Assembly: GCA_035278165.1 (NCBI GenBank)
Contig: DATEJG010000126.1
Location: forward strand, 518-64,517
DNA: 64,000 nt
Reading direction: 5' to 3'
From: Steroidobacteraceae bacterium
Lineage (GTDB): Bacteria; Pseudomonadota; Gammaproteobacteria; Steroidobacterales; Steroidobacteraceae
Part shown: piece by piece, positions 1 to 8,708 of the stretch
How positions within the stretch are numbered: the stretch's first letter is position 1
Layout: each line of letters starts with the position of its first letter
The notes under the pieces: model-generated
Seen by the model: only the letters and a program-made list of their open reading frames with translations
Told to the model about the DNA's origin: nothing
The model's database searches: none
Made by a program: the position numbers and the translations under genes

Positions 1-2
1 CG

Positions 3-1187
3 CTGGAGATCTGCGCGCCGCTCGAGACGGAGGACTTCGTCGTGCAGAGCATGCCGGACACGAGCCCGGCGAAGTGGCACCTCGCGCACACGAGCTGGTT
101 CTTCGAGCAGTTCCTGCTGCAGCCGCTGCTCGCCGGGTACCGCGCGTTTCATCCTGATTTCGAATACCTGTTCAACTCCTACTACCAGTCGGTCGGCCGC
201 ATGCACGAGCGGCCGCAGCGCGGTCTGCTGACGCGCCCGACGGTGCAGGAGGTCATGAGCTACCGGCAGCACGTCGACGAGCACATGCAAAAGCTGCTGC
301 GCGCGCGCCCCGAGGACGAAACACTGTTGTCGGTCGGCACGCTGGGCCTCAATCACGAGCAGCAGCACCAGGAATTGATGCTGACGGACATCAAGCACCT
401 GTTCTCGCGCAATCCGCTGCTGCCGGCATATCGACCGGGCACGGACGATTCGAGCGACGCGGCGGCGCCGATGCACTTCATCGCGTTCGATGGCGGCGTG
501 CGCGAGATCGGCGCGACCGGGCAGCACTTCTGTTTCGACAACGAGCTGCCGCGGCATCGCACGCTCGTCGAGCCGTATGCGCTCGCCGATCGCCTCGCGA
601 CCAACGGCGAGTATCTCGAATTCATCCGCGACGGCGGCTATCGGCGTCCGGAGTTCTGGCTCTCCGACGGCTGGAGCACTGTCGGCCGCGAGGGCTGGAC
701 CCGGCCGATCTACTGGTCGGAGTCGCTCGACAGCGAATTCACGCTGCACGGCGTGCAGCCGCTGCAAGCCGGCGCGCCCGTGTGCCACGTCAGTTTCTAC
801 GAGGCCGACGCGTTCGCGCGCTGGGCCGGCGCACGCCTGCCGACCGAAGCCGAGTGGGAGCTCGCCGCCGAATCGCTGCCGGTGATCGGCAACCTGCTCA
901 ACACCGGGGCACTGCACCCGACCTCGAGCGGCGTGCAACCGGGGCTCAAGCAGATGTTCGGCGACGTGTGGGAATGGACCGCCTCGCCGTACATCGCGTA
1001 CCCGGGCTACCAGCCGACCGGCGGCGCGCTCGGCGAGTACAACGGCAAGTTCATGTGCAACCAGCTGGTGCTGCGCGGCGGCTCGTGTGTCACGCCCGCC
1101 GATCACATCCGCGCCAGCTACCGCAACTTCTTCTACGCAGACGCACGCTGGCAGTTCATGGGCGTGCGGCTCGCGCGCAATCTGTGA
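3..1187 (+). CDS. egtB: Ergothioneine biosynthesis sulfoxide synthase EgtB (5' truncated by window edge)
   Basis: Frame is open to the window start (LEICAPLETEDFVVQSMPD). DinB-like N-terminus SPAKWHLAHT, FNSYY loop, HEQQHQE iron motif, FGE-sulfatase C-terminus (GDVWEWT, RGGS). Adjacent to egtD. Confidence 0.93.
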   Translation: MEICAPLETEDFVVQSMPDTSPAKWHLAHTSWFFEQFLLQPLLAGYRAFHPDFEYLFNSYYQSVGRMHERPQRGLLTRPTVQEVMSYRQHVDEHMQKLLRARPEDETLLSVGTLGLNHEQQHQELMLTDIKHLFSRNPLLPAYRPGTDDSSDAAAPMHFIAFDGGVREIGATGQHFCFDNELPRHRTLVEPYALADRLATNGEYLEFIRDGGYRRPEFWLSDGWSTVGREGWTRPIYWSESLDSEFTLHGVQPLQAGAPVCHVSFYEADAFARWAGARLPTEAEWELAAESLPVIGNLLNTGALHPTSSGVQPGLKQMFGDVWEWTASPYIAYPGYQPTGGALGEYNGKFMCNQLVLRGGSCVTPADHIRASYRNFFYADARWQFMGVRLARNL

Positions 1188-1200
1188 CAAAGGAAGATCC

Positions 1201-2172
1201 ATGGCCAAGCATCCGAGCACGATCCCTGCCCCGTCGCGCACCGACGCACTCACCAACGGAGTGCTCGATGGCATGCGCAAGCAACCGCGCCAGCTCTCGC
1301 CGGTGTGGTTCTACGACGAGCTGGGCTCGTTCCTGTTCGACAGCATCTGCGAGCTGCCGGAGTACTACCTCACGCGCACCGAGCTGCAGATCATGCGCAC
1401 GTATGCTGCGGACATGGCGCATCACATCGGTCCGGACGCGGCGATCATCGAGCTCGGCAGCGGCACCAGCATGAAGACGCGCGAGCTGCTCAATCATCTC
1501 GACAAGGCGGCCGCGTATGTGCCCGTCGATATCGCGCGGGATCACCTGCTGACTGCCGCCAGCGCGATCTCGCGCGATTACCAGACGCTGCGCGTGATCC
1601 CGATCTGCGCGGATTTCACCCAGCCGTTCGACCTGCCGGTTTCCGTGTACGCAGCGCACCGCCGCGTGGTCTATTTCCCGGGATCGACGCTCGGCAACTT
1701 CGATCCGGAGCATGCGCTCAGCCTGCTGCAGCGGATGCGCCAGATCATCGGCAGCAACGGCGCGGTGCTGATCGGCATCGATCTCAAGAAGGACCCTCGC
1801 GTGCTGGAGCGTGCGTACAACGATCGCGCCGGCGTCACGGCGGAGTTCAACGTCAACGCGCTGCGGCACCTGAACCGCGAGCTCGGCACGGACTTCGATC
1901 TAGACGCGTTCGAGCACCAGGCGGTGTGGGTCGAGGACCTGAGCCGCGTCGAGATGCACCTGGTGAGCAAGCGCGAGCAGGAGGTGCACGTCGGCGAGGA
2001 GACCGTGCACATCGGCAAGGGCGAGCACCTGACGACCGAGTTCTGCCACAAGTACACGCTCGAGAGCTTCGCGGACCTCGCCGCCGCCGCCGGGCTGTCG
2101 GTCAGCCGCGTGTGGATGGATCCCGCGAAGCTGTTCAGCGTGCAGCTGCTGGAGCCGCGCTCCCTGCAGTAG
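1201..2172 (+). CDS. egtD: L-histidine N-alpha-methyltransferase EgtD
   Basis: FYDELGSFLFDSICELPEYYLTRTE, ELGSG SAM motif, FPGSTLGNF, AYND..GVTAEFN, TEFCHKY; purine-rich RBS before ATG 1201. Confidence 0.93.
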   Translation: MAKHPSTIPAPSRTDALTNGVLDGMRKQPRQLSPVWFYDELGSFLFDSICELPEYYLTRTELQIMRTYAADMAHHIGPDAAIIELGSGTSMKTRELLNHLDKAAAYVPVDIARDHLLTAASAISRDYQTLRVIPICADFTQPFDLPVSVYAAHRRVVYFPGSTLGNFDPEHALSLLQRMRQIIGSNGAVLIGIDLKKDPRVLERAYNDRAGVTAEFNVNALRHLNRELGTDFDLDAFEHQAVWVEDLSRVEMHLVSKREQEVHVGEETVHIGKGEHLTTEFCHKYTLESFADLAAAAGLSVSRVWMDPAKLFSVQLLEPRSLQ

Positions 2173-2190
2173 GTCGGGCTTCGGCCCGAC
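2169..2190 (+). repeat. REP-like palindrome GTAG-GTCGGGC-TTCG-GCCCGAC
   Basis: Perfect 7-bp stem with a 4-nt loop (2173-2190); the preceding GTAG contains the egtD TAG stop. Confidence 0.75.
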
Positions 2191-2211
2191 AGCAGCGCCG
2201 AGTCGCACCTT

Positions 2212-2233
2212 GCCCTACATATATATGTGGGGC
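2212..2233. promoter_or_regulatory. Candidate operator palindrome upstream of DoxX gene
   Basis: GCCCTACATATATATGTGGGGC is a 22-bp inverted repeat with one mismatched pair and an AT-rich core, in a GC-rich context. Confidence 0.45.
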
Positions 2234-2271
2234 CAAACTCGCGGCCGGATCATTGCGACAGCGGGGCGGCC

Positions 2272-2742
2272 ATGTCGAACAACAATCTCGCCAGCTTCTA
2301 CGCGCGCCTGGCACAGCTGCTGAACCTGCTGCAGGCGCCATTCGCGCTGCTCGTGCGGATCTACGTCAGCTGGGTGTTCCTGAAGTCGGGCTGGCTCAAG
2401 ATCAGCGACTGGGGTCAGACACTGGGATTGTTCGAGTCCGAGTACCGCGTGCCGCTGCTGCCGCCGCATGCGGCAGCCGTCGCCGGCACTGCGGGCGAGC
2501 TGGTGTTCTCCGTGCTCGTGATCATCGGGCTGTGGGGACGATTGAGTGCGATCGGCCTGTTCGCCGTCAACGCGCTCGCAGTCATCTCGTACGCACACGT
2601 GCTGTTCCAGGAAGGCTTCGAGGCCGCCATCGGCCAGCACTACCTCTGGGGCTTCATGCTGCTGGTAATCGTCGTCTACGGGCCGGGAGCGTGGTCGCTC
2701 GACGGAGTGCTCGCGAGGCGCGTCACGCGCGGTTCTTATTGA
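2272..2742 (+). CDS. DoxX family membrane protein
   Basis: LLVRIYVSWVFLKSGWLKISDW, GTAGELVFSVLVIIGLWGRLSAIGL, YGPGAWSLD; about 4 TM segments. Confidence 0.85.
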   Translation: MSNNNLASFYARLAQLLNLLQAPFALLVRIYVSWVFLKSGWLKISDWGQTLGLFESEYRVPLLPPHAAAVAGTAGELVFSVLVIIGLWGRLSAIGLFAVNALAVISYAHVLFQEGFEAAIGQHYLWGFMLLVIVVYGPGAWSLDGVLARRVTRGSY

Positions 2743-2977
2743 CGATCGCCGCGAGGATCAGCAGGTACGAGAACAGCCGCACCGTGTAGATCAGCGGATT
2801 GCCCTCGTTGGGATGATCGAGGAACAGGAACGCAAGGCGGTTGACGCCCTCGATCGCGAACGCGGCGGCGAACAGCAGGAACAGCTTGTCGTGCGTCTGC
2901 CGCCAGAATTTCAGGAAGAACGCGCTCGCCACGAGCGAGGCGGTCACGATCACACCGAGCAGGAATCCTTCGAACAT
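2723..2977 (-). CDS. Small 3-TM membrane protein, DUF5985-like
   Basis: 84 aa; FFLKFWRQTHDKLFLLFAAAF...YTVRLFSYLLILAAIVNKNR pattern; tightly spaced with upstream genes. Confidence 0.75.
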   Translation of the reverse strand: MFEGFLLGVIVTASLVASAFFLKFWRQTHDKLFLLFAAAFAIEGVNRLAFLFLDHPNEGNPLIYTVRLFSYLLILAAIVNKNRA

Positions 2978-2980
2978 GCG

Positions 2981-3241
2981 TCAATCGCTCTCGAATATCA
3001 GCCCGTAGAGCAGCAACAGCATCGAGCCTGCGGCAATCGCGAGCCTCCAGGTATACAGGCTGATCTCCGCCGGCACGACGGCCAGGTCGAAGAACAGCAC
3101 TGCGTTCGAAACCGCCAGCCCGGCGAAGCACAAGCCGCTCCACAGCAGCAGGCGCTGCCGCACTCGCGCATAGCCGCGCAGCAGCAGGAAGGCACATAAG
3201 CCGGCCATTAGCGTGCCCAGTGCATTGACGATGGCAAGCAT
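2981..3241 (-). CDS. Small 3-TM membrane protein, DUF5985-like (second paralog)
   Basis: 86 aa; CAFLLLRGYARVRQRLLLWSGLCFAGLA...LLLLYGLIFESD pattern. Confidence 0.75.
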   Translation of the reverse strand: MLAIVNALGTLMAGLCAFLLLRGYARVRQRLLLWSGLCFAGLAVSNAVLFFDLAVVPAEISLYTWRLAIAAGSMLLLLYGLIFESD

Positions 3242-3245
3242 CGGT

Positions 3246-3635
3246 TCACCTGTCTTTCTTCAGATCGAACGCGCGTGCGAACTCGCGCACCGCGGTCGAG
3301 GCGCGAGAGTGAATGAACGTTGCAAGCTGGACAAGATGGCGGCTGTAAGCCGATGCGACTTCCGGCATCACCTCGCCGCTCGGATCCCACTGCGGGTTGT
3401 ACCGATACTGCGCGCCCTGCGCGGGCTCGGTCACGACGAGCTGTTGTCGCTGCAGCGCCTGCAGGATCTGCGCCGCGACCGCGCGCGAGACGTAGATGCG
3501 TGCCGCGACATGCTCATCGGACCAGGACCGCTGCGGGTTCTCCCACAGCAGCAGCAAGGCCTCCAGCTGCGGCACCGTATCGATGCGCTCTGCGAGGAAT
3601 TGCAGAACGCGTGCTGGGATATCCGGTGACGTCAT
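3246..3635 (-). CDS. Conserved hypothetical protein with probable winged HTH
   Basis: 129 aa; LEALLLL..WSDEHVAARIYVSRAVAAQILQALQRQQLV (HTH-like), a wing ending YRY, C-terminal VREFARAFDLKK. Confidence 0.7.
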   Translation of the reverse strand: MTSPDIPARVLQFLAERIDTVPQLEALLLLWENPQRSWSDEHVAARIYVSRAVAAQILQALQRQQLVVTEPAQGAQYRYNPQWDPSGEVMPEVASAYSRHLVQLATFIHSRASTAVREFARAFDLKKDR

Positions 3636-3764
3636 CGTCGCATCGATACGGTCTTCTCATGCGGCGCGCGCACCTGTGCACCGCTCGTGAGCGTGACGTT
3701 TTACTATAGGCGCCTGTCGCGAGTCGAGGCTGCCGGGACATTTCGGGTTCGGAAGCGCATACGA

Positions 3765-6437
3765 ATGACAACGAAGCTCGCCGAGCGCGCACGACTCGCG
3801 CGCTGCACGCCGCACGATCCCGCGTGGAAAAAGTGGGGCCCGTATCTCAGCGAGCGCCAGTGGGGCACCGTGCGCGAGGACTACAGCGCGAACGGCGACG
3901 TTTGGGGCTACTTTCCGCACGATCACGCGCGCAGCCGCGCGTACCGCTGGGGCGAGGACGGGCTCGCGGGCTTCTGCGACCACGAGCAGCGGCTGTGCCT
4001 GTCGCTGGCGCTGTGGAACGGCCGCGATCCGATCCTGAAGGAGCGGCTGTTCGGGCTCACCAACAGCGAGGGCAATCACGGCGAAGACGTCAAGGAGCTG
4101 TACTACTACCTCGACGCCACGCCGGCGCACTCGTATCTCAAGATGCTCTACAAGTATCCGCAGCGCGAGTATCCGTACGCCGCGCTCGTCGCGGAGAACG
4201 AGCGTCGCACGCGCGAGCAGACGGAGTACGAGCTGCTGGATACCGGCGTGTTCGCCGAGAACCGCTACTTCGACGTGTTCGTGGAGTACGCGCAGAACGA
4301 CATCGACGACGTGCTGATGCGTGTCACCGTGCACAACCGCGGGCCGGAGCGCGCAACGCTGCACGTGCTGCCGCAGCTGTTTTTCCGTAACACATGGAGT
4401 TGGCGCAACGGCGCAGCGAAGCCGCGCCTGTCGATGCAGGACGGGCACGTGCTCGTACATCACGACGTGCTCGGCGAATACCACTGGTACTCATGCGGCA
4501 CGCACGACGCCGACGTCCTGTTCACGGACAACGAGACCAACACGCAGCGTCTCTACGACATTGCGAACGCGGGCTACGTCAAAGACGCATTCCATGAGCG
4601 CGTCGTGCACGAGCGCATCGACGCGACCAATCCCGCGCAAACCGGTACGAAGGTCGCCGCGTGGTATCGCCTCGACGTGCCGGCCGGCGGCTCGGCGGAG
4701 ATCCGCACGCGACTTTCGAAGCAGCCGCAGCTGCAGCCGTTTGCGGAGCTCGCGGCAACGTTCGCCGCGCGCGTGCGCGAAGCGGATGAGTTCTACGAGG
4801 ACGTTCAGCACGATCTGCCCGACGCCGATCGGCGCCTGGTGCAGCGCCAGGCGTTCGCGGGAATGATCTGGAGCAAGCAGTTCTTCCACTTCGACGTGCC
4901 GCAGTGGCTGAAGGGCGACGAGACGCAGGTCGCGCCGCCGGCGAGCCGCAAGCACGGCCGCAACTGGGAATGGGAGCACCTCAACAATGCCGACATCATC
5001 TCGATGCCGGACAAGTGGGAGTACCCGTGGTACGCGTCATGGGATCTCGCGTTCCACACGCTGCCGCTGGCGCTGCTCGACGCCGAGTTCGCCAAGGAGC
5101 AGCTCGTGCTGCTGACGCGCGAGTGGTACATGCATCCGAACGGCCAGATTCCCGCGTACGAGTGGGCGTTCGGCGACGTGAATCCGCCGGTGCACGCGTG
5201 GGCGACCTGGCGCGTGTTCCAGATCGACCGCAAGCAGCGCGGCGACGACGGCGACCTGAAGTTCCTCGAGCGCGTGTTCCACAAGCTGCTGCTGAACTTC
5301 ACCTGGTGGGTGAATCGCAAGGACGCCGAAGGCCGCAACGTGTTCCAGGGCGGCTTTCTCGGGCTCGACAACATCGGTGTGTTCGATCGCAGCTCGACGC
5401 TGCCGAGCGGCGATCGCCTCGACCAGGCGGACGGCACCAGCTGGATGGCGATGTATGCGCTGAACCTGATGCGCATCGCGCTCGAGCTCGCCCGGCACAA
5501 CGACGTCTACGAGGACGTGGCCACCAAGTTCTTCGAGCACTTCCTGCACATCGCCGAGGCGATCAGCACCTTCGGCGAGGGCGACGTCGGGCTCTGGGAC
5601 GACGCGGACAAGTTCTTCTACGACGTGCTGCGCACGCCGGACGGCCGCAACACGCCGCTCAAGGTGCGCTCGATGATCGGGCTGATCCCGCTGTTCGCGG
5701 TCGAGACGCTCGAGCCCGAGCTGCTGGAGCGCGTGCCGGAATTCGCGGCGCGCCTCGAATGGTTTCTCAACTACCGGCCCGATCTCGCGCAGCTGGTCTC
5801 GCACTGGGATCAGCCGGGCCGCGGCAGGCGCCGCCTGCTGTCGCTGCTGCGCGGCCATCGCATGAAGAAGCTGCTGGTGCGCATGCTCGATCCGGCCGAG
5901 TTCCTCTCCGACTTCGGCGTGCGCGCGCTGTCCAAAGTGCACCAGCGCGAGCCGTACGTGCTGCGGGTGAACGGCTGCGATCTCACGGTGCGCTACGTCT
6001 CGGCGGAATCGGACTCGCCGCTGTTCGGCGGCAACTCCAACTGGCGCGGCCCGATCTGGTTCCCGGTGAACTTCCTGATCATCGAGTCGCTGCAGCGCTT
6101 CCATCACTACTACGGCGACGATTTCCTGGTCGAGTGCCCGACCGGCTCCGGCCAGCTGCGCACTCTCAACCAGATCGCCGACGAGCTCGCGACGCGCCTG
6201 GAACGCTTGTTTCTACGGGACGAGCGCGGGCTGCGGCCGGTGCACGGCCAGTATCCGCAGCAGCAGCGCGATCCGCATTTCCGCGACTACGTGCTCTTCT
6301 ACGAATACTTCTGCGGCGATACAGGTCGCGGCGTCGGCGCCGGACACCAGACCGGCTGGACGGGCCTGGTCGCGAAGCTGCTGAAACCGCGTGAAGCAGC
6401 TCACGGTGACCGCCGGCGCGCGCGACGCGGCGACTGA
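3765..6437 (+). CDS. MGH1-like glycoside hydrolase (GH63-like glucosidase)
   Basis: WKKWGPYLSERQWGTVREDYS, SMPDKWEYPWYASWDLAFH, GFLGLDNIG, NSNWRGPIWFP, GAGHQTGWT. Confidence 0.88.
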   Translation: MTTKLAERARLARCTPHDPAWKKWGPYLSERQWGTVREDYSANGDVWGYFPHDHARSRAYRWGEDGLAGFCDHEQRLCLSLALWNGRDPILKERLFGLTNSEGNHGEDVKELYYYLDATPAHSYLKMLYKYPQREYPYAALVAENERRTREQTEYELLDTGVFAENRYFDVFVEYAQNDIDDVLMRVTVHNRGPERATLHVLPQLFFRNTWSWRNGAAKPRLSMQDGHVLVHHDVLGEYHWYSCGTHDADVLFTDNETNTQRLYDIANAGYVKDAFHERVVHERIDATNPAQTGTKVAAWYRLDVPAGGSAEIRTRLSKQPQLQPFAELAATFAARVREADEFYEDVQHDLPDADRRLVQRQAFAGMIWSKQFFHFDVPQWLKGDETQVAPPASRKHGRNWEWEHLNNADIISMPDKWEYPWYASWDLAFHTLPLALLDAEFAKEQLVLLTREWYMHPNGQIPAYEWAFGDVNPPVHAWATWRVFQIDRKQRGDDGDLKFLERVFHKLLLNFTWWVNRKDAEGRNVFQGGFLGLDNIGVFDRSSTLPSGDRLDQADGTSWMAMYALNLMRIALELARHNDVYEDVATKFFEHFLHIAEAISTFGEGDVGLWDDADKFFYDVLRTPDGRNTPLKVRSMIGLIPLFAVETLEPELLERVPEFAARLEWFLNYRPDLAQLVSHWDQPGRGRRRLLSLLRGHRMKKLLVRMLDPAEFLSDFGVRALSKVHQREPYVLRVNGCDLTVRYVSAESDSPLFGGNSNWRGPIWFPVNFLIIESLQRFHHYYGDDFLVECPTGSGQLRTLNQIADELATRLERLFLRDERGLRPVHGQYPQQQRDPHFRDYVLFYEYFCGDTGRGVGAGHQTGWTGLVAKLLKPREAAHGDRRRARRGD

Positions 6438-6446
6438 CTCCAGAGT

Positions 6447-6776
6447 ATGCTCGGGATCATGAAAACCCCAGGCGCGACGGCAGCAGCGTGCATTCTTCTG
6501 AGCCTTCCCGGCGCGGCGTGGGCCGACTCGATGCGTTGCGGCAAGTGGGTGGTGAGCGAGCAGAGCTCCCCGGCCGAGATCCACGACAAATGCGGCGAGC
6601 CGCAGCAGAAGGACGTGTCGCACGAGGACGTGCTCGGCAGGAACGCGCTCGGCAATCCGATCAAGCTCGGGGTCAAGGTCACGGAGCGCTGGCGCTATCA
6701 GCGCAGCACCAGTGCTTTGCCGATGCTGGTGACGGTCGTCGATGGCAAGGTCGTCAGCATCGAGCGCACGCAATAG
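6447..6776 (+). CDS. Exported DUF2845-like protein
   Basis: Signal peptide (AAWA/DSMRCG), KCGEP, ERWRY...VDGKVVSIE; start may be at 6459. Confidence 0.75.
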   Translation: MLGIMKTPGATAAACILLSLPGAAWADSMRCGKWVVSEQSSPAEIHDKCGEPQQKDVSHEDVLGRNALGNPIKLGVKVTERWRYQRSTSALPMLVTVVDGKVVSIERTQ

Positions 6777-6800
6777 CAGCCCGCGCTCCTCGCGCAAGGC

Positions 6801-7571
6801 TCACCAGATCTTCCACCACGGCTTCGCAGAGCCTTCGTGGCGCAGCTCCATGACGCGTCCCGTGTTGCCGTACGTCGACTGCGTGAACACCACGCGAATC
6901 TTCTCCCGCGCGTCCTGACCGATCGTGTCGCGATCCTTGATCACCGGGCCGTGCTCCAGCAGGTAGCGCGCCAGCTCCTGGAATCTCTCGCGCAGCTCGC
7001 TAGGCTTCTGCGGCCAGTCGTGCGCCTCCAGCTCCATGTGTCCCAGAGCTGCCATGCCGGTGGTGAAGCCGGCGCTGGTCTTGCCGGTGCGCCAGCCGAC
7101 GCGACAGTCCACCCAGATATCGAGCGGCGGCCCGTGCGGCAACATCTTCTCGGCGTATTCCACGAACAGCGCCTTCGGCACGAGCAGCGTCGCATTGCCC
7201 CAGTACACGCCGATGGCGTCGTCGCACGCTGCCAGCACAGCGGTGGTCGCCTGGGTCAACAGGATCGATTGCTCGACCTCCTTGCGACCGCTGAGCACGG
7301 TGACGATGAGATGCGCGCGATGCGTCTGCACCTCGTCCGATGCGTTCTGCCAGAGCACGCTGGTGGCGCACGGGCCTTCGAGGTCGGACCACGGGATCGG
7401 TGCGGGCATGCAGGCAACGACGATGTCGCCGTTGCTGACCTTGAACGATGCGCTGCCGCCTTCGTCCGAGGTGGTGCTGGGCGCGAGGTGCGGATAGCGC
7501 GTCCCCAGCTCCTGCTCGACACGGCGCGCTGGCGCGCCCGTCGCTTCGCGCAACAGCACCATCGAGATCAT
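6801..7571 (-). CDS. DUF4261-like domain protein with C-terminal KPWWKIW
   Basis: HRAHLIVTVL, GVYWGNATLL, FTTGMAALGHMELE, YLLEHGPVIKDRDTIG; ATG overlaps the upstream TGA (TGATG). Confidence 0.7.
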   Translation of the reverse strand: MISMVLLREATGAPARRVEQELGTRYPHLAPSTTSDEGGSASFKVSNGDIVVACMPAPIPWSDLEGPCATSVLWQNASDEVQTHRAHLIVTVLSGRKEVEQSILLTQATTAVLAACDDAIGVYWGNATLLVPKALFVEYAEKMLPHGPPLDIWVDCRVGWRTGKTSAGFTTGMAALGHMELEAHDWPQKPSELRERFQELARYLLEHGPVIKDRDTIGQDAREKIRVVFTQSTYGNTGRVMELRHEGSAKPWWKIW

Positions 7572-8701
7572 CAGGCTTGCAGCGGCGCCGTGTCGGCGTG
7601 CAGGAACCAGCGATTCAGCACTACGTTTCGCGTGAACCACTGCGTCTGCATCAGAGAGCGCGCGAGCGCGAGCTTCCAGGACTCCGGCAGCGAGCTCGCC
7701 AGCGACGCGCCGTTGTTGCGCACACCGAAGCGCGCCTGGAGCTGCCTTTCGTATTCGGCCAGGCGCTGCTTGCTGTAGTCGCCGCGCGCGTTCGCGACGA
7801 TGCGCGCTGCCATGAGCCCCGACTCGATCGCCGGCCGGATGCCCTCGCCGCTCTCCGGATACGCAAGACCGGCCGCATCGCCGATGATCAGCACGCCATC
7901 GCCGACGACGGGCCGCTTCGCGTGCGAGTACAGCAGGTACGCGTGGCCCTTGAAGCGCGCGGGCGCATCGGCCGGCACTTTGCCCTGCGACTGCAGCCAG
8001 CGGCTGAACGCATGCACCTGCTCGGCCAGGCCCTTGTTGCCTTCGCGACCGAGGCCGACGTTGAGGAAGTTGCCCTTGCGGAAGCACCAGCCGTAGCCCT
8101 TCAGATCGTCGCAGAAGTACAGCTCCGGCCGGTCGTGCTCGACGCCGCAGCGCTGTGCCTGGGCGTCGCTCATCTCGAACTCGATCTCCTGCGCGCAGAT
8201 CGCGCGCTCGTCCTTGCCGAGATTCGCGCCGAGGAAGCGCACTACCGGGCAGAAGTGCCCGCCCGCGCCGATCACCAGCGCTGCATCGATGGCGCCGTTC
8301 ACGAGCCAGCGGCCGTCGCTACGCTCCATCGATTCCCACGCTTCGCCCAGCCGCAGCCGCGCACCGCAGCGCTGCAGGAGATAATTGTCGAACTCGCAGC
8401 GGCGGATGCCGTAGCTCACGGTCTTCCGGTAGTGCACGGGCTTCGCGGCGCGCTCGCCCATGCCGGTGATGAAGCTCGTGATCGGTTGCAGCACGCAGCT
8501 GCGAGCGTAGTCCCGCGTGTCGATCTGCAGCTCATCGACGACCTGCGGCGTAATCCAGCCCGCGCACACCTTGTCGCGGGGGAACTCGCTCTTGTCGAGG
8601 ATCAGCACGTCGAGACCGGCGCGCCGCAGCTCGCGGGCACACGAGGATCCGGCCGGCCCGCCGCCGACGATCAGCACGTCGCAGGTTTCGTGCGTGCTCA
8701 T
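7571..8701 (-). CDS. FAD-dependent oxidoreductase, geranylgeranyl reductase family
   Basis: DVLIVGGGPAGSSCA, FPRDKVCAG, GYGWCF, IGDAAGLAYPESGEGIRPAIESG. Confidence 0.88.
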   Translation of the reverse strand: MSTHETCDVLIVGGGPAGSSCARELRRAGLDVLILDKSEFPRDKVCAGWITPQVVDELQIDTRDYARSCVLQPITSFITGMGERAAKPVHYRKTVSYGIRRCEFDNYLLQRCGARLRLGEAWESMERSDGRWLVNGAIDAALVIGAGGHFCPVVRFLGANLGKDERAICAQEIEFEMSDAQAQRCGVEHDRPELYFCDDLKGYGWCFRKGNFLNVGLGREGNKGLAEQVHAFSRWLQSQGKVPADAPARFKGHAYLLYSHAKRPVVGDGVLIIGDAAGLAYPESGEGIRPAIESGLMAARIVANARGDYSKQRLAEYERQLQARFGVRNNGASLASSLPESWKLALARSLMQTQWFTRNVVLNRWFLHADTAPLQA

Positions 8702-8708
8702 CGGCCCG

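Noticed and set aside
3-1187. Selenoneine synthase SenA
   Set aside because: No senB or selD-like gene is visible, and the FNSYY motif plus egtD linkage fit EgtB. The region upstream of the window cannot be seen.
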